The notes under the pieces were generated by a model. The model saw nothing but the letters and a program-made list of their open reading frames with translations, was not told where the DNA came from and made no database searches. This document shows positions 23,200 through 35,527 of a stretch of DNA of 64,000 nt, one piece after another (position 1 is the first letter of the stretch; every line of letters starts with the position of its first letter). Both the position numbers and the translations under genes were made by a program. Origin of the DNA: Selaginella moellendorffii. Its lineage: Eukaryota; Plantae; Lycopodiophyta. The stretch covers positions 1,306,628 to 1,370,627 of the forward strand of contig NW_003314272.1 of NCBI RefSeq assembly GCF_000143415.4. Direction: 5' to 3'.

Positions 23200-23700
23200 G
23201 TGGTCCGTTGTGGAGATGGATCACATGGCACTGTTGTACAATAGCCACATACTTTCATGGTGACCATAGTCAGTGGGGTGTGGGGAAAAAGGTGAAAGTT
23301 TAAAGCTCAAAATGCACAAGATCGTGTCCTAATCAGATTTGGTACTTCTCAAGTCTAATGGCCAAAGCATGCTTGCTCCAGTGGTTAACATTGAGGACCC
23401 AATCAGCCTATGTGGCATGAAATATATGCTAATTGAGTTATCAGCGCGAAATGCTAGTCTCCTTCCACGGGAAAGTATTCTCCAAGGCTGGATCCATTTA
23501 TGATAGGTAAGCTCACTTTGCTTTCATTTCTTTCTAATGTTATAGAACGAATGTAGGTTCGAGTGGGTCAAGCAAAGGTGACTCTGGCGGTGGTGTATTC
23601 GACATCAACAACCCCAGGATTTTATTGAATATTGGACACAGTCCCAGCATCACAGATGCGGTTCAAGGTCGATAGCGGCATGGATAGTACCAGGTCAAGC
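23200..23700 (+). pseudogene. Possible decayed trypsin-like (S1) peptidase fragment
   Basis: In-frame SKGDSGGGVFDIN at 23571-23609 after an AG acceptor; weak DRVLIR upstream; no intact ORF. Confidence 0.35.
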
Positions 23701-23942
23701 AATCAAGGCACCATGATCACTGTCTTCTGTCTATTTATGCTCTATCTACGTTTGCTTGTTATTCAGATTTTCAAGTGTGCTATGTTTACTTTTCAGCGTT
23801 GTAATTTGATAAGTGTGCTGTCCTTTGTTTATTCACTTGGCTCGACCGGATGTGCCGGAGCGGCTCCAGCTGTTTCAAGTTAAACTTGCCTTGAATTTAG
23901 AGTTGCACGCTAGATTTGTTAAGATTACCTGAAAGATGTCAT

Positions 23943-24810
23943 AGGGGAATCTGGGCTGGGCGTACACGGAGCATCGCTCGCTCGATGAATCGATTGATCA
24001 TGCATCATCAAACCGGACAACAACGAGATGTGTAACCTGGGCATCTGCTTGATCAAGCAATGTTGCGTGGACGAGGACAAAGTGCTACTCAAGAGCATAA
24101 CGAAGGTATCCTCAGATAATCTCAGGGGCGTTGAATTGCATTTTAAGACTTACGAAATAGCACAGGAGATGGAGAAAGGACAGCAACATCAGGCGTAACA
24201 CTTGCCAAGCATTGGCATTTTGCGTCTTTGTGCCCACGCTCCCCAGCTCGAGCAAGAGATTGAAATCCCCTCCAGCAACAACAGCAGCAGCAAACCCAGC
24301 CGGAAAGCCAGCAGATGCCCACGTACGATTCCTGGGACTACGACGAGGAGGAGGACGAGTATAATCTTGATCTTGCGGTAGAGGCGCTCAAGAAGAAGCT
24401 GGAGCTGCTGTGCGTCAATGCAAACTCCAATGCCAAGCAACAGCCTAAACTTCTCCGCCATCGCCAAAAGTTATTTCTTATTCATTCTCCTGATGGTCGA
24501 TCGACCCATGATGGCTCTCGTTTTGGTTGCAGCAGCTCCTCGTGGCAATACTTCTCTACGACCACCACCCGAAATCTCCAAGTCGGCGGCTTCCTCTCCC
24601 GTAAAGCAGCAGCTGCTTAGCGGAGGAGCTAGGGATGATCGCAAGGCCACCGCCCTCGAGTTCTTTCACCTCTTCGTCATTCCAGGAGCAATTGCAGCAG
24701 CTGCAGGAGCAGAACCGGCGACTTTGCGTGTTCCAGGACATCACCGCCACCACCAGCCCTCTTGCTCGTTAATGGGTTTATCACTCCCATCAGCGATGCG
24801 ACACCTCAGT
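23943..24810 (+). pseudogene. Inverted partial duplicate of the TPR gene 3' half
   Basis: GGGAATCTGGGCTGGGCGTAC, CCGGACAACAACGAGATGTGTAACCTGGGCATCTGC, PTYDSWDY, EALKKKLELLCVNANSN and ALVLVAAAP match 18366-17130 on the opposite strand; frameshifts and deletions. Confidence 0.9.
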
Positions 24811-25089
24811 CGCTCGGATCTCTGTCTTTAAAATTTGTAGCGATTCCTTCTTAAGCAAACGGAAATTGCCACAAATGTTCCACAATATCCTCGGCGTACA
24901 TGAAGCCAGAACTTAAGATTGATTAAGAAAAGAAACTCTTGCCGTTCACATGTATGCAGAACATGCAGGATGGATCTCTTTCGTCCTTGGCTACGTAGAG
25001 CCTATTTTGCACAGTTGCAGCTCTTCCATGTTAATCTCGAAGTCCAAAATTTAGTTCAGTAACTATTCGCTTATCAAACGACCACCTTT

Positions 25090-26022
25090 CTATGCCATGG
25101 TAGGCCGATACTGTGCCACCGCCTGGAGTCGCCCTGGGTATTTTACTCGGTACCAGTCCTTCTTGTAGGCCTCCATGAAAAACACCGTGGCGTTGTCGAT
25201 GGGGAGCCCATAGACACTACCATCCTCGTCTGTCCTGACAACAATCCCACTCACCCTGAGCTCCTTGGCCGAGTCCCATCTCACGATAATATCGCCCGTT
25301 TGGACACCAGGTACGATGCCAGCCGGTTCCTTTGATAGGTAGAGCTTCTTGATGATCGCAGGGAGCTCAACTCCCCCAGCCCCATCCTGCGCCCGCCGCA
25401 CAAAAACTGCCTCTTCGTTTTGAGGCCCACCCGGCATGAGGGGCACCCCAGGCAGTTTCAGCTGAATCAGAAAAACAGCCAATCAGGGTGAATCAGGATT
25501 TTGAAGCAGCAGCTTACAGGTTCCAAGAGCTCAACAGCAGCCACCCAGGGGTGCACCAGGGAAACAACTTCGCCTTTCACAGTCTGCCCATTGATCGTCA
25601 CAGTAACTTCTTCGCCTTCCTTCCACACAATCGTGTCTTTGTAGCCCACAACGATGCACGTCGGTTGTGGGCTCAGTGCTAAGGTCGTATCAGGGAGTCC
25701 AATGAAGAGTGCAGTACCTTTATTGTCACAGGTGCCCACAAACCGGAGCAGATCCAATGCGCCAGGAGGCGGGTTCACAGCCGTCGCCACAGAGGAAGAA
25801 CCAGATACCATGGAGGTCATCACGGAGGAAGAACCAGAAACCATGAAGGTCTTCATATGCGCCTCCATTTGCTGTGAAAGCTAATGAGGTTGTCATTCCC
25901 AATCGAAGCTATTTACTTACATCAAGTTTCCTCTGCATCTCATCCAGCCTCTCATCCAAATTCTTCCGCTGCATCTCATCCAGATTCTTCCGCTGCATCT
26001 CATCCAGCTTCTTCCGCTGCAT
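25090..26022 (-). CDS. Orphan 3-exon protein (~275 aa): MQRKNLDE repeats, Ser-rich linker, beta-rich domain; exons 26022-25921, 25871-25518, 25461-25090
   Basis: Both introns are canonical (GTAAGT..CAG and GTAAGC..CAG), phase 0, and join the ORFs 25467-25868 and 25090-25482 in frame with no stops; 24-bp tandem repeat at 25935-26022. Confidence 0.65.
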
Positions 26023-26104
26023 CTGAAAGCAGCAGCAACCTGAAGGACAAGGCACGAGTTATAGGAACGCAAGGGCTCAGTTACCTGCAAGCTTCATACC
26101 GACA

Positions 26105-26512
26105 AAACTTTAGGGCACCCCACCTAGAAATAGCATCATTGAGATTTTGGATGAGTACCAAGACGGCTTCACGGACATACATTGACTGATCTCTCGCAAA
26201 ATCAAAGGAAGGATGGGTTTCAAACAGGATGTTCTCTTCGTGGACAGCGGGAGTCCCACCCCAAGAGTTGACGCGACACTCAAAGAGGTACACCGAGTTC
26301 AAGAAAGACTTTGACTTTCAACGCGGCTACTCAACCTCGTTCCACTATTATTTTTATACGATGAGAAAGGTTGTCCCTTTTCTCAAACTTTAGAACGCAA
26401 CGTTTCACCAGAGAAAGATTTCGAGACTCTCTGGAAAGCACAAGCATTGACATGGTGCAGGAGCAAAGAGATTACTTCATGACAACCATGATGATCGACG
26501 ACAAGAAAACCA
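26105..26512 (+). pseudogene. Degenerate methyltransferase copy 2
   Basis: GACGGCTTCACGGACAT, GGATGTTCTCTTCGTGGACAGCGGGAGTCC, TTCCACTATTATTTTTATACG and CAAGCATTGACATGGTGCAGGAGCAAA are shared with 20990-21750; large deletions. Confidence 0.85.
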
Positions 26513-26514
26513 TT

Positions 26515-26710
26515 GAAAGAAGCTACTGGAGGCTTCACAGCAGGAAGAGGATTCACAGGAGGAGGGTTCGTAGCCGTCGTCACAGAGGAGGAAGAACCGG
26601 AGGTCTTCACAGGCGCCTCCATTTGCTATAGAAGGAAGCGAGCCTGTCATTCCCAATTCAAGCTATTTACTTACCTCAAGTTTCCTCAGCATGTCATCCA
26701 GCTTCTGCTC
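26515..26710 (-). pseudogene. 5' fragment paralogous to the orphan gene
   Basis: MEAPVKTSGSSSSVTTATNPPP vs MEAHMKTF...SGSSSVATAVNPPP; same intron sequence (TGTCATTCCCAAT...AAGCTATTTACTTAC). Confidence 0.75.
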
Positions 26711-26767
26711 AATCTTGCTCGCAAACAGCTCTGCACTCGTCTTGCTCGTAATTCACGCTAACAGCCT

Positions 26768-27551
26768 CAGGGCACCCAGAGCCGGTGAGCGATCGTAGCA
26801 ACCTTGACGGATCATCTTCCTCACAGGGTTTCCAGACTCCAGCGTTTAATTCATGCTCACGGTACGAGTTCATTCACAGCGAGCGGATTATCTGGAAGGG
26901 AACTTGGATGTGGCAACTCGCGCACGATATGTACCAAGATGGCTTCACAGACATCACAGCGACTGATCTCTCGCCTGGAGCGGAAGCGACGGAATGCTCC
27001 GACTTGTGGCATACATGCCATTCAAGGACGCGAGCTTCGACATTGTGATCGAGAAGGTAGGATACAAAGATAGTGTTTGGCTTTTAGATCGGATCAAAAC
27101 TAAAGGAAGGATGGGTTTTAAAGAGGATGTTTAGCGGGAGTCCCTGAGATCCCGAGATGACGCGACGCTCAATGGGGTACACGGAGTTCTTGAAGCAATG
27201 ATGTTTTCTCTATCGCATTTGGCAAGATCGAAAACTTGGATCTTAGAGCTGCTCTCTTCTGACTCTTTGCCTTAAGCCTCACCTATTTCGAGGCCAGTGG
27301 CTTCGAATGGTCCATGGAGTACTCAACCTTTGGAGACTCGTTCCACTATTATTTTTATAAGCTAAGAAATGTTGTCTCTTTCCTCCCCGATCAAACTTTA
27401 AAACGCTCTAACATCAGGGAATGGCCAGAAAGGTTTTGCTTCGAGAGTCGACGGAAATCACAAGCAATGACATGGTGCAGGAGAAAATGCATGACGAAGA
27501 TTATCTCATGAGAACCATGATGATCAACGACGACAGAACCACGTCCAGGTG
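26768..27551 (+). pseudogene. Degenerate methyltransferase copy 3
   Basis: Includes the upstream motif AGGGCACCCAGAG, ELGCGNSR, MEYSTFGDSFHYYFYKLR and the 3' end GATCGATCATTCCAAATGTCCTC; frameshifted. Confidence 0.85.
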
Positions 27552-27579
27552 ATCGATCATTCCAAATGTCCTCAAAGTT

Positions 27580-29283
27580 TCAGAGTTTCTCTTGGGCTAT
27601 ATCCCCATCATGTAACTGGCATGCAGCCAGGAAGGCCGTCCAAGCAACATGGTCGCACGGCAAGCTCTGGGCCACATCCTTGGCGAGCTCCATCTCCCCG
27701 GACTTTGCGAGTAGCTCCAGCACGCAGCTGTAGTGTGGATTGCCTGGCAGCACTCCAAAGTCGAGGCTGGCGGAGACGAAGCAGCGCCATCCGGCATCCA
27801 AATCGCCGCAGTGTTTGAAAGCAAGAAGAGCGCTCAAGAACGATGTCTCATCGGGGACTTCTCCAGCCAAGACCATCTCGTGCCAAACCGACGTAGCAGC
27901 ACGCTTACAATCCCCACAGCTCGAGCACCACGCTATCATGGTGTTCCACGATACCAAGTTTCGGATGGGCATTCTGTCGAAGACTAGAACCAAGCGGTCG
28001 AGGTGACCGGCGCGTCCAAAAGCAGCGATACTGGCAGTCCAGGCCGTGACGTTTCTTGCAGGCATTCTCGCAAAGGTGGCCTCCGCCTCCATAAGATGCC
28101 CATTATAGATATAACCCGCTAAGAGGGCGTTCCAAGAGACCACGTCGGGAGCCTCTGTGGTATCAAACAATACCTTTGCTTGCTCGACATGCCTGGCTCG
28201 GGCATATGCTGTCAGCATTGAGTTTACGGTGACTGTAGTCCGCTCCGGCATAGTTTCAAACACACAGCTTGCCTGCTCAACTTTACCAGATTGGGAATAT
28301 ACTTGCAAGAGCAAAGTCCATGACACCACGTTAGTTTCTGGCATTTTGGTAAACAACATTTCGGTTTCTTTACAAAGCCCATTTTCGGCAAATGCTCTAA
28401 GGAGTATGTTATATGACACTAAGTTTCTTACTGGCATTGTGCTAAACACGTTCATGCAAGAATCCAAATCACCACTAATCAAGTAACCACTTATCATGAT
28501 GTTCCAGGACACTATATTTCTTTCGGCCATGCTCTTGAACAACGCTTCTGACTTACGCATATCGAGGCTTTCGCCATATGTGGCAAGCAAGGAGTTACAA
28601 ACCATGAGGTTTTGTACAGGCATATCCAAGGAAATCGCTAACACCATATCCACATCACGTACTTCAGACAGCGCTTGCATCAGTGTCGCGCAAGAAACCA
28701 CGTCCCTCTCGGGCATTCTCGAAAAGATTATCTTTGTTTGTTCAAGCTGCCCACTCAAGGCATATGCTGAAAGGAGAGCGTTCCAAGACACTAGGTCGTG
28801 CTCAGCCATTTCGTCAAAGACATGCTTGGCTTGCTCCAGCTGACCATTATTTGCAAAACCCGTGATTTTTGTGTTCCATGAAAGAATGCTAAACTCCGGC
28901 ATGCGCTGCGCTAACGCTTCCATTTCTGACAGGTACCCGGAATTGGCATTTGCAAGCAGTATCACATTCCAAGCCACCACATTTGTCAGCGGCATCGCAC
29001 CGAACAAGAGCATCGCCTCGTGAACGCAGCCACTGTGGGCATACGCAGCGAGGATGGCAGTCCATGAGAAAAGGTTTGGAACGCGAATGGAATCGAAGAC
29101 CGCCCGAGCGTCGATGATGCTTCCACATCGATCGTAGGTTCCTATGAGCAAGTTCGCCAGGAACTTCTCGTGCCGCAGTGCTGGGTTCTGGGAAATGCAA
29201 CTGTGGATGCGTCTGGCATCCACCAAGTCACTGCATTTGTGGAGAAGGCTGGCCAGCTCGGGTCGGAATGTATTTGCCACCAT
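27580..29283 (-). CDS. PLS-class PPR protein (long run of short S-type motifs plus E-like domain, no DYW), 567 aa, intronless; probable organellar RNA-editing specificity factor
   Basis: About 31-aa repeats of the form F..MPERxVVSWNALL..YA..G; E-domain-like HYSCVLELLAKSG...VAWTAFLAACQLH at the C-terminus. Confidence 0.9.
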   Translation of the reverse strand: MVANTFRPELASLLHKCSDLVDARRIHSCISQNPALRHEKFLANLLIGTYDRCGSIIDARAVFDSIRVPNLFSWTAILAAYAHSGCVHEAMLLFGAMPLTNVVAWNVILLANANSGYLSEMEALAQRMPEFSILSWNTKITGFANNGQLEQAKHVFDEMAEHDLVSWNALLSAYALSGQLEQTKIIFSRMPERDVVSCATLMQALSEVRDVDMVLAISLDMPVQNLMVCNSLLATYGESLDMRKSEALFKSMAERNIVSWNIMISGYLISGDLDSCMNVFSTMPVRNLVSYNILLRAFAENGLCKETEMLFTKMPETNVVSWTLLLQVYSQSGKVEQASCVFETMPERTTVTVNSMLTAYARARHVEQAKVLFDTTEAPDVVSWNALLAGYIYNGHLMEAEATFARMPARNVTAWTASIAAFGRAGHLDRLVLVFDRMPIRNLVSWNTMIAWCSSCGDCKRAATSVWHEMVLAGEVPDETSFLSALLAFKHCGDLDAGWRCFVSASLDFGVLPGNPHYSCVLELLAKSGEMELAKDVAQSLPCDHVAWTAFLAACQLHDGDIAQEKL

Positions 29284-29421
29284 CTTTTCATGTTGCTTGG
29301 CTTGTGACTGATCATATCATGTTTATTTATATGCTTTTGGCATCCGTGGCAGTGGGACTCTTGCCAGATGTCGCTACACAGATACGTACTTACATGGTTA
29401 AAGATGATTGAAACTTTGTCA

Positions 29422-30060
29422 ATGGACCTAATGATCGTGTTGTGCTCCTCAACTTTCATCATTCTCTTGGTTGTTTGGAGTTACAAGGTGTGCACAAATC
29501 TTCTACCAAGTCCATGGGGATCGGCACTTGCTCAGAGAAATATATTAAGTGGTGTTGTTTCAAGCCAGGAGCTAGTCAAGGAGCGCTTCACTTTGGTCAA
29601 TTTTGTCCCTTGGTATTTGAGATGGCTGGTTGGCGGATTCCCCAGCACAAAGGTGTGCATGCAAAGCTAGACAAGTTCTTGTAAAAGATTGTGGACGAGC
29701 ACAAAGGCAACACCCGGGAATGCCTTCCTTGACACCACGCTCCTCTTCTTTGGTGAGGGAACACAAGGAAACTTGCATAGAAGTGTCAAAGTTTTTTGTG
29801 GGGTTTCTTTCAGGACATGTTTGCTGCCAGAACTGATTCATCTGTTGTTCCAAGCGACTGGCTGCTGGCAGCGGTACTGCAAAAGCCTCGGGGCTTAACA
29901 CAAGCTCAAGAGGAGCTCGACAGGGTTGTGGGAAACGGGAGAATTTTGAGAGAGTCAGACTTTTCCAAGCTGGAATACCTTGGAGCAATCATCAAGGACA
30001 CATTTAGACGATAGCAGCAATCCTTGGTATGAGATTCCCAAAGGAACCACAGCTTGCTGG
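29422..30060 (+). pseudogene. Deleted CYP71-clan P450 pseudogene (same local family)
   Basis: TM anchor, LPSPWG, VVSSQELVKE, NFVPWYLRWL, HAKLDKFL*, QEELDRVVG...ESDFSKLEYLGAIIKDTFRR and EIPKGT; large deletions and no heme motif. Confidence 0.85.
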
Positions 30061-31689
30061 TTAATGTGGGCAGTGCAAATCCACCCTATTTCTACCCAAC
30101 CACTTTATTTTGAGCCAAGACTTTTTGATCTCTGGCTTTTGAACATTTCATTAAATCACTTTATTTATCCATTTTGACTCTTCATTATTTATATCATCAC
30201 CTACCATGTGTGAATAATATATTTTGGTAGAAAGATTTATTAAACCCCCTAGGGTTTTAAAAGTTGATCATTTTAGGCTTTCACTCTATGGTGAAGTGCA
30301 ATGGTTTTAATATTATTTCATTTCAAGTCTTTAGATTTTAGAATTTTAGTTTTAATATTTTTATATGTCATTACTTTTATCCCGTGTTAGTCATTCTTTT
30401 ATCCTTTTTTAAAGATTTGTTTATCAATTGGTTCATTTTAATCTTTCAAATGGTTGTTTAGGTATTTCATTCGTGCTTTAGATTTTTCAAATTAAAGCTT
30501 CTAGTTTAAACATATTACACTTATTTAAATTTTACCTCTCAACTATTTCTATATGTTATATATTTAGTTTCACTATGAGATTTATAGATTTGTGTTTTAC
30601 AATTAAATGATTCCATTGATAAAAAATCTTCTAGAATTAAAAGATTGACAACTTACATAAAGTAGAAAGCAATATATATCATAATACATGATATTGGCTT
30701 AGAGGCCATAAAGGGTAGTCAAAAAGTAAAGATCCTTTAGATTTAAACATCAAGAGATAAAATTAAAATATAATGCTTTATTGTGAGTTGTTAAGGATAT
30801 AAAATGTGATTAACATTGCATCCTATAATACAATACCTTTATACTTTCTAAAGAATGTTTCCCCTTTTTACCAAATCTATTTTAAAACAGAGGAAGTTTT
30901 TTAGATATAAAGATAAAAAAATTGCATAAAGAATGCAAGGATAAAAGAAGTAACATTTAAGCTAAGAGAAGTTTGAGTAGAAGTAGAAACTAACATAAAA
31001 GAAAATAAACTTTCAAAACAAAAATTAAAGTAAAATGTACAAATTAAGTAAAATTTTAGTGAGGATGCAAAATATGTTGGATCCTAAGTGGTAATAGAGT
31101 GGTACATTTGTGTTGTCTAGACCATAAATACAATTAAAATTATATTTTAATTAACATATGATATAAAACATGACATAGAGATGTATGGATATTCTCTAGA
31201 TTGAAGACAGAAAAATTTACACTAGAAAACAACAAAAATTGTTTAAAAGTATTGTAAAAATTAATGAATAATGAAGAGATTTTGGTTATTACTGTTATTT
31301 GAAGTAAAATTTCATTATAGCTCATAATAAACTTCTTAAAACAAAGCATCTCCAAACAAAAAATTTTTTGGGCTCAATTTTTGCAAAGATTCTTTTGGAT
31401 CAAACAGGTTACTAAATTGCTACAAACCCATTTGATTTTGTGGGCTAAGAACAAGGTACAACCTTTTTCTTGGCTTCAAAAGTTTCTAATGAACAAGTGG
31501 AAACTTCTGGCTAAGAATTGTGTGTGCTTTTGAAATAACAGATCACTGGGTCCTTTGGAACTCTCATGTTATTGGAAGGACTCAATGTGGGCCAATCAAG
31601 GCGACTTAGACTGGTACAAGGTGGCTACTAACCATTCTTTATAGTCCAATTTAAATAGTTGGGGCAATATTGACACAAGCACCCAAGAA

Positions 31690-33227
31690 ATGGATCTAGC
31701 ACTTGTTGTGAGCTCTGCAGCTTTCATCACTCTCTTGGTCTTGTGGTTCTGGAAATCTTCCTCAAATCTTCCACCAGGTCCATGGGGATTGCCCCTGATT
31801 GGCCACTTACACTTGCTAGCAGGAATGCCCCCACACAGAGCATTCCAACGCATAGCCAAGAAGTATGGTCCTATTACTTCATTGAGGCTGGGAATGATCC
31901 CAACGGTGGTGATTTCCAGCCAAGAGCTTGCCAAGGAGATCTTCACCACACACGATCTAAATTTTGCTTCCAGGCCATACTTGGTTTCAGGTGACCACTT
32001 CAGCTATAACTTTTCTGGAATTGGAACCAGTCCCTATGGAGAGCTATGGCGAAACACCCGCAAGCTGTGTACAATGGAGCTCTTCACGGCCAAGTGTATT
32101 GACTCCTTCTCTTGGGTCAGAAGGGATGAGCTTTCTCGTACCTTGGAGGGGATTTTGAAGGACCATGGCGATGACAAACCTGTGGAGGTGAGAAAAGTGG
32201 CCAGTGTTTTCTCCTTCAACATCACATCACGAATTTTGATGAGCAAGAGGTACTTTGGTGATGAAAACGTAGATGCCCATGCCATGGAATTCAAGGAGCT
32301 CAATGACAAAGTTCTTGAGCTGGCGATCAATCCCTGCATTAGCAACTTGGTGCCCTGGTACTTGAGATGGCTGGACTGGCAGATTCCTCGCTACAAGCGA
32401 ATCCATGCCAAGCAAGACGAGTTCTTGCAGAAGATTGTTGAGGAGCACAAGGAGACGACACGGGAATGCAAGGACTTCCTCGATATCATGCTCGACTTCT
32501 TTGGAGCAGGGACACAAGGGGAGACTTACGTAAAGGCGAATCTCATAGTAAGCTTTGCAAAACTTCTCCTTGATTGCTTATTTCTTATGCTACAAATGCC
32601 CAGGAGATGTTAATGGCTGGTACTGATACCATCACCACCGTGAGCGAGTGGCTCATGGGTGCAGTGATGCACAATCCTCGAGTCATGGCCAAGCTCCACG
32701 AGGAGCTCGACAGTGTTGTGGGCAACACTCGGATGGTGCAAGAGTCGGACCTCCAAAAGCTCGAGTACCTCCAGATTGTCCTCAAGGAATCACTCAGACG
32801 CTATCCTCCGGGAGCCTTACTCATACCGCGCATCTCAAGCCAAGCAGCAACCGTTGGCGGCTTTCACGTTCCAAAAGGGACCACTCTCCTGGTGAATGCA
32901 TGGGCGATTGGAATGGATCCGGCAGTGTGGGAGAATCCCACACAATTCCACCCGGAGCGCTTCTTGGGGAGCTCCATCGATGTCAAAGGCCAAAACTTTG
33001 AGCTCCTCCCGTTTGGATCTGGGCGGAGACAGTGTCCGGGAATGGGCATGGGATTGCGATCAGTGGAGCTGCTCGTGGCAAATCTCATCCATGGCTTCGA
33101 CTGGAGCTTTGTGCCTGGGACAACGCCGTCCATGGAAGATGTTTTCTTCACTACTGCGCAGCTCAAGACCCCATTGCAAGCCATGGCGACTCCAAGGCTC
33201 CCCAAGGAGGTCTACATCAAAGTTTAG
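31690..33227 (+). CDS. Intact CYP71-clan P450 (~493 aa); exons 31690-32547 and 32604-33227
   Basis: TM anchor, PPGPWGLPLIGHLHLL, AGTDT, ESLR, PERF and FGSGRRQCPG; 56-nt intron at the same position as in the other copies. Confidence 0.94.
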
Positions 33228-33505
33228 AGATCACTTAGTGGACTTTGCTACAAAGACTATTCTACTCGTATTAAATAGCTGGTTTTTCCATGTCTATATG
33301 CTCATATGTAGGCTTTTGGATTGCAGCAATTTGTTTGTCAGATCCAAATTCCAAGGAGTCCTCAAGGCCTCGCTCGATCAATCCAAAAGAGTCTCCTTCT
33401 CATTTATGTACTAAGTAAGCATCTACAAAGGTTGGAAGAGATTTTCTTCCACTGTGAAAGAAAGGAGACACCGATAAAAAGAGGCCCACGAAAGCTTTGC
33501 TTGTG

Positions 33506-35527
33506 TCACAGAGTGTAGCAGTCCAAGTGGTGATTATTCTGAGTGGCATTGCATGCTCGAGCTGGCCCAAAGATCAGCTCCACGCAAAAGTTTTGGCCGA
33601 TTATCGATCGTCCGTTCCTAGTCACCTTGTCGAGATCGCCTTTGCCCAGCTGCCAAACATTCCAATCATCAGATCTAGCACTTTATTTGCTTTTTGGCAG
33701 AAAATTCTAGCCTCTTTTGCTTACCTGCATCATGCTACCCGATATAAAGTAAGTGTTGAAGCAAAAGTAGAAGAGCCTTCCACCGTTTTTGTTGTAGAAA
33801 ATCGCCCTCACATCGCCTGATACCTGGATTTGCAAGGTTTCATGTCAAAAAAGCCCTGGAAACGAACGAAAACGATGCCACTCACGCATATAGGCTTGTC
33901 GAAGTAATGGTCGAGGCAGTCCTTCTTCAAGAGGTTCGGCCTCTCCGTGTCCATCTGGACGACGAAGCGCGGTTGATTCTCCTTGCTCTTCTCATCGCCT
34001 TCCTTTGGGAGGAAGGATAAGTAGTAGCGTGGACTTACTGTGCGAACAAATCCTTTCTTCAATGGCTCGCACTGCCCCGACGCAATCTCCACGGGAGACT
34101 TGTAGAGCTCTCCTGGCTCCTGCATCAAGTCAGTCACGAGACGTGATTGCTTGGAGATAGTTGAGCGCGACGATAGATTGTTACGTACCTCTTGGATTTC
34201 CTTGATCGAAAACTTCACAGCATCCGTCGAATTTGTATCATACAGACGAATCCTTCGCAGTTCTCGGGGCTTTGGAGGTGGAATGCGAACGTCCGGGACA
34301 CCTCCATCGCTCGGAAAGACAAGGATTTTACTCCAGTAGCGAACATACCTTCGCTGGCTCGGGATCGTCACCTGGAAAGCTCTAGCTGGTCAGTTTCGAG
34401 AAAAAAAAAAAGGAAAAAGAAAAAAAGTCTAGTGCCAGGCTTCTTACTCCTTGGTTATTATATGTGCGACGACTCCCATACAACTGCAAAGCTTCCTCGG
34501 CTGGCATTCCTTTGTACACGAGATACGCGCAAACCATCAAGCCCGTCCGGCCTTTCCCAGCCTGTGCAGACACAAAGGCAGAAAATAATCAAACATGGAG
34601 AGCGTTTTGGTACGAGCAATGTAGCTGCCAAGCTACGAGACAAAATGCCAAACTCTGGAACAAAGTGGAATGCAAAGTCTAAAATCTAGGCTTACTTTGC
34701 AGTGGATCACCGCCACGTTCCGAGGGTCCTGTAGAAGCCAGTCCTCCACGCTCTCGCAGAAGAGCTGGATGAGCGACAGTGGCGGTACGTGCATATCGTC
34801 GAAGGGAAACGTCTCGACTCGGCCATGGAAGCTGCCGGGATCATAGCTGCATTCCACGCAGAGATTGTAAACCTGGTGGAAGAAGAAAAACCCCAAGCAT
34901 CAGGAAAGGAAATCTATGATACCAAAGAAATGGAAAAGCTTACTTTGTAGTAAGATCCGTGCTTGAGGTCGAGCGCTCGCTGGACTTGCCACATAGGATT
35001 CCGATACATGGCGGTCATGTCCTCGGCGGGGAAGGACATGGCCACGAGTCTGTCCGTGATGTAGGACATATCCAAGTTATAGCCCCCGAGAACAAGGCGG
35101 CGGCGCTCCTTGGAGACGAGGCTCCGGAGATAGTGCGACCCGGCAATGAATTCGATAAGCCTTCCTTTGAGGAATCCTCCATGGTTTGTCAATTGCCCGC
35201 CACCACCAGCAAGAGAGTGCTTGGCCCCCGTCGTGCCCGCCCTTTGTTGTTCTTCCCCTTTTCCTTGTGCTTCCTCTCCCTACTGTGGAGAATATCGAGA
35301 CGAGAGAATCGCTACTTGTCCTTGGCGAGAGGCCCTGCTACATTGTTGCATCCCTGCTGCTTCCTGCCCGATAGGAACGATTCCACGCACCCCTTCCTGA
35401 ATTTGCACTTCCGGCCTTGCCCGATGCTAATCGGCAGTGAGGGCGCCACTGGAACCGCGGCAACGGCGCTCACAGCCACGGCCGCTGCCCAAGCGGGAGA
35501 TCGCGGATCGATCTTGACGGATTCCAA
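33506..35527 (-). CDS. PTEN: PTEN-like phosphoinositide 3-phosphatase (multi-exon; exact start uncertain)
   Basis: LRSLVSKERRR...YNLDMSYIT, AMSFPA, YRNP, VYNLC, FPFDD, catalytic HCK|AGKGRTG, TIPSQRRYV and C2 region GDVRAIF...FCFNT; TGA at 33506-33508. Confidence 0.9.
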
